A DNA stretch of 64,000 nucleotides from Paraspadella gotoi (Eukaryota; Animalia; Chaetognatha). Positions 22,084 to 64,000 of this stretch are shown one piece after another; positions within the stretch are counted from its first letter, which is position 1, and each line of letters begins with the position of its first letter. The notes under the pieces were generated by a model. That model saw nothing but the letters and a program-made list of their open reading frames with translations. It had not been told where the DNA came from and searched no databases. The stretch spans positions 9,974,432-10,038,431 of the forward strand of contig CM119263.1 of assembly GCA_051294375.1 (NCBI GenBank). Reading direction: 5' to 3'. Made by a program: the position numbers and the translations under genes.

Positions 22084-23620
22084 ATGGAAAAAATTAAAAA
22101 CGGAATTGAAATCCGTGACATTCACTTCGGATGCGATTATACCTTTTGTCCAGCCGTTTTTCACGACCCAAGACTTTTAAAAATCCATAGAAAGAAAATT
22201 CACGAAAATTCGGTAATAGAGGGAGACAAATGTTAAATTCCGCCTAATCAAGGCATCCTGTATTTCGAAGACAATTTATATATTTATACACATGAATAGA
22301 TTACTATTTTTATTACGAACACAGTTAATTCGATAACATTAAATATATCAAGTAATTTTGACGTTATTGATGAGACTACATTATATCCCCACAATGAAGT
22401 GACCGGGAGAATATGGGGTAAAGATGGTTGTCCCCACACTTAAAGAAGTTTAAAATCTAGATGTTATCGATTAATTCCACATTTATTCCAGGAGGAAACA
22501 CATGAGATGAAAAAAAAATACGACGAATTTTATAAATATTGGGATTCTAAAACAAAACTATCTGCACAAAATTTGAAAAAACATTTCCCAGGAATTATAG
22601 AATCTGCGCAGAACATCTTTGATGAAATATCGCAACCGGTGACAAAACAAAATATGTTGTGTTTAATACTAACCAATATACTAACTTTAGTCTTAGTTAT
22701 ATTTTTTTCCGCAGAATTTTGGAAATACAACTGTTCACCAGCATCAAATTGGTTATAAGACGGCGGAGCCAGAAATATCAGTTATTGCAAACAAAACAAA
22801 CATTTGTATTAAGTCTTTAGACCTCCAAGCAAAATCATCTAAGTCAGAATCATCAGTGACAGCAGTCCCTAAAACTAAAGGGGAATCTGGTAGAATTAAA
22901 AAAAGTAGGAAAAAAGAAAACCATTGCACAATTAAACAAGAAAAATATATAAAAATTATACGTTTTTTATATATACTTTGCAAAAGCCTTATGCCTAATA
23001 AAACAAAATGTTTTATAACAAACAATCAAATAACCAAAAGAAATCAACCGTCTGTGTTCAACAACTTAATAAAAGGTGAATATCTTGAAAAAGAAATTGC
23101 TAAACTGATGAATCAATTAAAGGTAGCAAGAAAGAACTTTTTACAATCAAGGGCTGAAGTTCTAATGACCAAAGAAAAAAACTGCGAAAGAATCAAGGGG
23201 AAAATACCTGACACTTCTGGCCAAAAAATGGTCAAAAAGGCAAAGTCCACCTTTGAAGCAGTTTTAGAACCAACCGCGAGTAATAAAAACCTAAATGCAA
23301 GTATACCGTCTTCCAATCTGCACAAACAATACAGCCAAAGAACAAAATCATTCACAAATAATTGTAATTCTAATTCAAAATTGAGCAATTCCGAAGCTAC
23401 GCAGCCTTTCCACTCAAAAGCAGCCTTGTTAAAAGCGAAAAAAACTGACAATCGAATGGAAGAAGTTGAAAAATGGCGCAAGAAGGACGAGCAGCGTCTA
23501 TTGTTTCAACAAAAAGAGGCATGCAGAAGGCGAAGCCAGTTAAATCAAATATTGAAAATGAGAAGCTTAAAGAAATTGGCCAATTCCAATCCCATGGAGA
23601 AAACCGAGATCAATCTGTAA
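22084..23620 (+). CDS. Putative protein with one N-terminal C2H2 zinc finger and a Lys-rich coiled-coil-like C-terminus (about 424 aa)
   Basis: FGCDYTFCPAVFHDPRLLKIHRKKIH fits C-x4-C-x3-F-x5-L-x2-H-x4-H. Phase-compatible GT-AG exons 22084-22231, 22325-22398, 22492-22638, 22715-23620; the last contains the 254-aa ORF. Exon model is tentative. Confidence 0.55.
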
Positions 23621-25228
23621 TATCGCCAATGAAAACAACAAATAACAGATCCAACCAAAAAGGCAATATTAAAACCGCAGTACGATTGAATACCAATATA
23701 ACGCAAAATATAAACAAAACGATCATTGAAATTTGAAGCTTTTTGTTTTGTAAGATAAATTTCTTTTTCCGAAAAAGAAAGCATTTTAATTTCGTACATA
23801 TTGAGAAATACCACGATCTTAATCTTTTCTGAGGAGGATTCATTAATTCTATTAACCAATGCCCATCGCCATATCGACAATTTTAGAAGACAGCAAGTTT
23901 AATTTTAGTACTTCATCGTGATATAAATTAAAATATAAATAAAAAACGAAATGCGAAACTAATAAACCTTTTTTTTGCCTAAGTAACTCTGCCGTCGCAT
24001 TTCAAATTCGACGCTAGCTTACTCAACCAAATCACAAAAGCTCCTCGGCTGCAGATAAAACAGCCAATGAATGCTATTTAACTTTTTTGTTTATATTTTA
24101 GGTCTAATGTAAGACTTTTTCCGAACGACAGTAGGTTTTTTATTTGAATTAGCTAGATGTCGGCCGTTATTTTTAATTAATACAGACGCAAACCAAAAAC
24201 AATCAGTTGAGACCTTTTCTAAAGATTTTATTTACTAAAAATTAAATTCATTATGTCATTAAAATTCTTACATTTCAGAAAACCAAATTTTTCCATTCGT
24301 TTATTAACTATCAAATTGTCAATTTTGTATTCCTAATTTAAAAAAAAATATATATATTTTATTCTGTATTGTCATTTTAAAACATAAAAAATTAGCGAGG
24401 TTTTTAAAAATTGACAGTTAATATTCAATAGATAAGTGAATTTTTACAAATTATCAGCTCGGCCATATACCTTGATAATTTAAACGATGATCGAGCATTA
24501 TTACTTAGTAACAAACGTGCATAAGTATCCTACGAGTCTGGCGGTATTAAGTTAGACGGAATTCATTGTGAAATGAGATTAGCACTAACTAAAACTCTGT
24601 AGATTTTACTCTACAACGTGACTTTAAAAAACAAAGTCGTACGAAAATGGACTCGGTTCGTCAGAGAAATCAACAAACAAATCTTTTTTCCAACACGTTT
24701 CCATCTTTTGTCGCGTAAAGGCGACTTGTCGCGCGATTATTCTGAGAGTTTAGAAGAGATAGCGCGGAAAGAAAACGGTGCAAACAGTCCATCTTCTAGA
24801 AGATTAAAAGAATTAACGACAGCAAAAAAAAAAAAAAAAGCGTGTATCGTGGGCCGATTGTTTATTCGATAATATGTGCTGCACACTTCTTCCTAAATCC
24901 ATTATTCGGGCAATTTGCAACTTCTACGGGAAAAGAAAAATATTTCCTGGGAGATTACAGCAGCGCAAAATATTTTCAATATTAAAAAAAAAAAAATGCG
25001 GCAAAACAAAGAAAAAAGCGTGGCATAAAAACCAGTTTATTTCATATAGCTTATGTTGAAGTCAGTGAGGTGCTATTTTAGGCCGTGGCGGTGAGTACGT
25101 AACATCATAAACATTAACCATACGAATACGTACATAAGGAGAAAACTGATTGAATTTGCGTTATCGGTGTCCAATCAATGTTTTATCGGAGATGATACAT
25201 TTAAGATCCTCTTTTACGCTTACATCCG

Positions 25229-58319
<33,091 letters not shown>

Positions 58320-58460
58320 CTAAAATGCGGGAAAATAAAAGAAAATTGATTACTCATACAAATTTCAGAACGTATATATAAAATTCGGAAAAAGGTGTCA
58401 GATAAAATTTTCTATCCGCTCATCACAGTTAACTTCCATGAAAAATCTCTTTTGAATAAG

Positions 58461-59276
58461 TTAAATGTTAAAATGAAAAAATTCACGTCGACAACAACTC
58501 GGTATTATCCAAATAGAAAGCGACGCAATTATTTTTCTCCACCAGTGAACCTTTGTATAATTAAACTTTGTATATTTTACATGCCTCAGATCCGCAAGAG
58601 TCGAAAAAGAACGAGAAAGGGATGGAAAATCAGTGAGATCTTCGCAACTCATGAGGCTGTCAACAGTCGCCTGCAATTGGTCCACAAACTCCGTATCGAT
58701 TGTTTTATTTCGTTTACGACTAGACGGTTCCACGCAAGTCGACAAGGAGCGAGTCGCCGAAAGTATTTCAGGAATCGAGTCAACGTTCGGGTCGGCTGAC
58801 TCGTTTCTCATCGTATCAGATCTAACACGGCGAGCATTGGTAAAGATTCGATTTTCTAATTCTTTACTGTAGTTTTCCCACGCTATTATCCATTTAGAAA
58901 CCGATATGCGTCTCCAAGTTACTTTCTGAGAGGTTTTACTGGACGATTCACCAGAGTAGGAATTGCACATGACTTTGAAAGTTTTAATTTGATTGAAGTC
59001 ACTCACGTTTATGCAAGACATAGCCGAGGAGTTAATAAAATCCGAATTATCACTGTCCGACATATGGTCGCACGAGACACTCAATTTGGAACATCGTCGT
59101 TTATCATTGAAGACAGGATTGATTTTAGGATAGTTTTTTTTGAAAACTTTGCTTTGTTCGAATGAAAAATCTTTTTTCAGTTTCGACATGTCGAAAATCT
59201 TGATACAAGTCACAGATTTAGAAGTTACTATTGGTAGCAAGCAAAAATTTTGTTTTTGCATTGTGACAATGAACAA
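58461..59276 (-). CDS. Hypothetical Ser-rich protein or alternative 5' exon upstream of SRPK
   Basis: 271-codon ORF in unique, less AT-rich sequence; no recognisable domain, and no phase-compatible donor to the 58319 acceptor was found. Confidence 0.35.
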   Translation of the reverse strand: MFIVTMQKQNFCLLPIVTSKSVTCIKIFDMSKLKKDFSFEQSKVFKKNYPKINPVFNDKRRCSKLSVSCDHMSDSDNSDFINSSAMSCINVSDFNQIKTFKVMCNSYSGESSSKTSQKVTWRRISVSKWIIAWENYSKELENRIFTNARRVRSDTMRNESADPNVDSIPEILSATRSLSTCVEPSSRKRNKTIDTEFVDQLQATVDSLMSCEDLTDFPSLSRSFSTLADLRHVKYTKFNYTKVHWWRKIIASLSIWIIPSCCRREFFHFNI

Positions 59277-59963
59277 TATTTAGATATTATTTATCAACCC
59301 AAACTTTAGCTTCGGAACTTTAAAAAGAAGTTCTGAAGATAATAAAAAATTAAATTCTTACCACAAGAGCCCGAGTCAAATAAAGAACATATATTTTTTT
59401 TTTTCAATGATGCACGGATACCCACATTTGAGTTATAAGGACAGAAATAAATAAATAAAAACGTCCAGCCGAATGTCCTTTTGACTTCATTTTTTTGTTT
59501 ATAAAATTGATCCAACCAAACGTCTCTTTACATATGTCAGAAAAAGAAACGTGGCTTCAATTTCGAAAAAATCGAGATGAGGGAGCGAACGTGAAATACG
59601 ACTCTGCTCCTCAGCGGATTCAATCGAGGACAACACAATTAACTCAGCTTGAGCCTTTCAATTTCATGAATAAACTCTGGACGCGTTTCGCACCAGAAAT
59701 TTTGAGTTTTTACGGACTGCACGTTTGGCTTATTGCAACAAATATCCAGTAGGCGTTCCGTCAAGTTTCTAAGCTAATATACTTAACGGTCTCCGCTCGA
59801 AGAGTTCTTTTGTAGATATTTTGACGAAACCAAAACAAAAGGGAAATCCTGAATAATCCTTTTTTCTTGACTCATCGAAATTTTCAAAGAAAAATGATAA
59901 TAACCTTCAAGACCTTCAAGACGGGGGTCACAAAAAGCGTTGTCACAAAAGAAGCCATACCTT

Positions 59964-60418
59964 TAAAAAACAAGTTTGAGCAAACAATGTCGGATCTGCC
60001 CACAATAATTAATTAATTAATACAAACTATATAAACTAAAATAATAATTTAATGAATAAATTAATTATTTTGATCCAAAATGTTTGTTTTTAGGACTTTT
60101 TGTCATTGACCACGACAAAAGCAACGACGATGATGGAGATGACAATAATGCTGATAACGATTGACTTGATTGACTGATTAATTTATTAAAAAATTAATTA
60201 ATTTATAAATAAACTGATTGAATAATTAATTAATAGATAACTAAATAAATTGATGGACGGACATACAGACGGACGGACAGCATTTTTTTTGTATAATTTA
60301 TCAGAATTCAATATTCTGACATATATGTGAATGGCCGACAAGATTGAAGGGGCGGACTGACGGACCGACAAAGTGAATTATAGAGTTGGGATCTGCTGAA
60401 AGCAGATCCGACTAAAAA
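59964..60418 (-). mobile_element. DINE-1/HINE-like element, family 2, complete
   Basis: Minus strand: TTTTTAGTCGGATCTGCTTTCAGCAGATCC (subTIR plus palindrome), (GTCC/GTCT)n microsatellite, inverted subTIR GCAGATCCGAC, terminal hairpin GTTTG-CT-CAAAC, T-run. Relatives at 42153-42704, 52130-53050, 1850-2060, 7175-7270, 11780-11820. Confidence 0.8.
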
Positions 60419-60453
60419 GTCGAAAAGAAACGAAAAAATGTTAGTCGTAAGGC

Positions 60454-63264
60454 CAGGGGCGGCGAGAAGGGGGGTCTCATTCGCATCAGGTGAAGGGCCC
60501 GGGCCTTGAGAAGAGAAAAAAAAAGGAAAGAAAAAATAAAAAACGAAGGAAGGAAAGAAAAACGAAGGAAGGAAAGAAAAACGAAAAAAAGAAAAGAAGA
60601 AAACAAAAAGAAGGGTAGAAAAGAAAAAAAAAGGAATTGAGTGACTTCCCGTTCAGATTGGAAGAAAGACACATTTGAATCCGACAAAGTTTTAATTAGA
60701 TAACCAGTCTGGGTGTCATTTTGTTCGTTTTTCCAAGCTCTTTTAAACTAAAAAAGTTTTATTTAAAAAAAAAACTTTTTCGCCCGAGCCAGGGGTGTTA
60801 AAGAGTCAAAATATGGAAATTCACCATTTTTTAGCTTTTTCCAATTAATTTTTATAATATAATAATCTTTAAGCAAGTTAATTACTTCTGATAATGATTT
60901 TAATTTATCCTATTTAACTGTTTTTAAAACCATTCATTAAAAAAATATTAGTTTTTAGCTTAAGCTAAGGGTGTTGAACAGCTAAATTGTTTAAATATTT
61001 TTTTTTAATATTTATAAATTTTAATTTATTATTTTTTTAAAGATAACTTATTTTTATTATTGTAATGAAAATATTTGATATCTTTAAATGCTTTGAGGCA
61101 ACTTACCACAGCTTTAAGTTAATCAATTTAATAATGTTTTTTAAAACTGAAAACCCCAAAAACTTCTATGATCCAAAGCAATTAATTTTAATTTTTAATC
61201 ACAAAATATAATTGTTATAAGATAAAAATTATTTAAATAATATTCGGATATTACTATAAAAAATTGTTTACTTTATATTATATAAATATAATTATATTTA
61301 TATTATAAATATAAATAAAATTTTATTTAAAAAATAATTTAAAAAATGATATCTGAATATAAATTTTGTACGGATAAGAGTAATAGTTTGGTTTAACTCT
61401 ATATACAAATATTTTGTTATTAAATAAAATAATTTTTTTTTAATATACAATAATTTTTAAAAAAATAATTGTTTTTTACTTTTTTCATTAAATAATTGTT
61501 CAACAAAGAAGTTTTGTTTTTCTCACTAAATCTAAAAACACAAGGAAAAGAAAGTTATGATTTATAAAAGATTCATTAAAAATAACTACCTCTTATAGTC
61601 CGATTCATATATTTAAATTAATTCATAAATTCATTTAGATACTATTTTACTCTATAATAATATTGTTAATTAATTTACCTGATTAGCAAATTATTAACAA
61701 GTTTAAATTATAAACATTGTGTTGAACTTGTTTATTGCATTTTTAGATTTATAAAAAAAATTTATGTTAACAAAAAAATTTAATGAATTTGTTAACAATT
61801 CTATTTTTATCGTTGTTAACAAATTCATTAAACTTTCTATGTAATCTTTAAAAACAACAAAAAAGAAAGGATCAAACAATGAATATGTTAACAAACATTT
61901 TTTTAATAAAAAAAAGTTTTTCTAAAGTCTAAATAAAAATTTTTAATTAAAATATAAATCATTTCTATCCTAGCATCCCACGTAAGTCCCTCCCCTAGCC
62001 CTAACCTCCGCTTCGCGTCCAAAGCCAAGTATGAACCTTGAACCTATCATCGCCCATAAAACTTTTCCCATCTGTAACTTTCCAGTCGGGTATAACTACA
62101 ACAACCTTGTTGATCATAATGCTCACTTTTACTTATTCAACCTGAATTACAATTACCTCAAACGTTAAAACTAAACACTAACCCTTAACCTAATTTTGCT
62201 AAAATTGCCATAACTAGAACATCAGTTTCAGTTCATTAACAAAATTATTATTTTCTATGCGATATCGCATAAAATCTGGATAGTGGATATCATTTGAATA
62301 ATTATATCTTTGTTGTAACAATTTCATTATATGATTAAAAAATTTTATGAATTGCTTTGTTTTTAAGATAAATCTTTAAAAAAAAATTTTTAGAAATAGG
62401 TCACAATAGTTTTTAATGCTTTTAATTCTAAAAAATTAATTAACTATGTTAATTAACTTAAAAAACCATTTAAAATTATCAAATATTTTTACTATCATGA
62501 TTAAAATATGTAATCCTTAAAAAAATAATAAATTATTATTTAAAAATATTAAAAAAGACAATTTAGAAATTTTTGCTCTTTAACACCCCTGGCTTAAGCC
62601 CTAAACTAATATTTTTTGTGAATGAATGTTTTAAAAATTTTTTTTTTAAATAAAACTTTTTTAGTTAAAAAGAGCTTGGAAAAACGAACAGAATGACACC
62701 GAGACTGGTTGTTTATTTAAAACATTGTCGGATTCAAATGTGTCTAACAATGATTTTGATAGAATTTTTCTCATAAAAATATATATCTTGTGGAACTTGA
62801 GTGACTCAACTAGGTTCTTGCCATTTTCTTTGTTTTCCTAAATCTTTTTACTGTACAGCCTGTAATGGTTAAAAATTAGAGCCATATTTTTTCTATTCAG
62901 AAGATTTGACTAATTCAGACCTCTCCTTCAGAAAAAAGTCACAACGATTGTGATTTATAACCATATCTCTATTGCTGATCATAAGCGCTAAATCTCATCT
63001 AGTCAGGTTTAACAAATCTAAACCCCTCGCTCAGACTAGAGGAGTAGAGGTAGAGTAGAGGCACAATGATTGTGATTTAAACAAAAAATTTGTAAAACAC
63101 CAATGTCAGATTGCAAGTCGTGGAGGCAGAAGTTTGAGCACTGGAGCAATTTTCAAGGCAGAAAGTCGTTAATCAAAAACAAAAAACTAAAATTATGGAG
63201 AGCGGGGGGCGGGCCCCGGCCAGGGGGCCAGTGGGGGGGCCCGTAATTTCTCTCGCCGCCCCTG
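60454..63264. mobile_element. Non-autonomous hAT-like DNA transposon
   Basis: Perfect 14-bp TIR CAGGGGCGGCGAGA and perfect 8-bp TSD CGTAAGGC (60446-60453 / 63265-63272). Confidence 0.9.
60667..62745. mobile_element. Long-TIR fold-back element nested in the hAT-like element
   Basis: Imperfect TIRs of more than 100 bp starting AGACACATTTGAATCCGACAA; inner CCAGGGGTGTTAAAGAG repeats also inverted. Confidence 0.8.
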
Positions 63265-64000
63265 CGTAAGGCTATCAAAGAAATAAAAAAATTTTAAAAG
63301 TGAAAATGAAAAAAAAATGAAAAAAATTCCCACTTATCGGACATTATAAAAAAGAAATTTTAGCCAACAAAAAATTGATGCAAACAAAAATGTAACTATA
63401 ATAACAAAAGGTAAAATATTCAAAATAAAGGAAAAAGTATACATTTTCTAGTCAATCATTTTTTATGAGCAACAAGTATAAAAATATTAATATACGAAAA
63501 AGAAAAAACGCAATGGACCAATGGTAAGAGTTGAAAAACTTTAAATATAAACCCCCAAAATCACTCCTAACCCTTACCACCCTTAACCCCTAACTCAACG
63601 AACCCCCAACATTAAACCCGTCGTTAAAATGAAGTAGAAACAAATTTTCCAGTCCCAGAATATAAAGTATGACATGATAATATTTTAAACAGGAAAAATA
63701 TTTTTATATTCACTATTTTTACAAAATACTATATCCTGTTAAAAACTTTAAAAATTCACTTTGTTTTATTATTTGCGCTATTAACGCTTCTGTTATATAG
63801 TTATTGCAATCACATAACAGAAAATCCGATTACGAGAAAAGTCAATGCGACGCAGCACCATGTTACATTGCCATTCCTCATTTAAAAATTATTTAACACG
63901 ATCACAATTAAGAAATTTTATCATTTGAAAAAAATACATACGTCAGGTGATTCAAATTTAATTCTCCTAAAAGTTGGGAGGCACAGTTCAACGTAAAAAA

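Noticed and set aside
61995-63600. Telomere-like CCCTAA motifs
   Set aside because: Scattered and degenerate, no tandem array.
63941-64000. Possible upstream SRPK exon ending at a GTATGT donor
   Set aside because: Phase fits but there is no sequence similarity to support it, and it is cut by the window edge.

Overview
AT-rich, intron-rich eukaryotic (probably invertebrate animal) genomic DNA with two assembly gaps. Genes: (1) a minus-strand DAZAP1/Hrb27C-like two-RRM RNA-binding protein (ATG at 21372, running off the left edge) with an unusually long low-complexity tail containing an (Ala-Ala-Gln)n exon; (2) a probable plus-strand single-C2H2-finger gene, 22084-23620; (3) a minus-strand SR-protein kinase (SRPK), at least 58319 to 25229; (4) a CCDC59/TAP26-like gene nested antisense in an SRPK intron. 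A 9.3-kb inverted duplication (32834-42152 / 42706-51989) looks like a fold-back assembly or amplification artefact. Introns are packed with non-autonomous mobile DNA: DINE-1/Helentron-like elements, MITEs, a hAT-like element, a CRE-like LINE relic and Penelope-type hammerhead relics. The main discovery is a group of four related small LTR families (two full LTR-PBS-internal-PPT-LTR elements with 4-bp TSDs, plus solo LTRs). Their LTRs carry a covarying, circularly permuted (type-P5) twister-ribozyme fold whose P1 is reduced to a loop-less palindrome. This suggests twister-based 'retrozymes' that could release 481-488-nt circularisable RNAs, possibly via dimeric ribozymes. All structures were read by eye and are untested.
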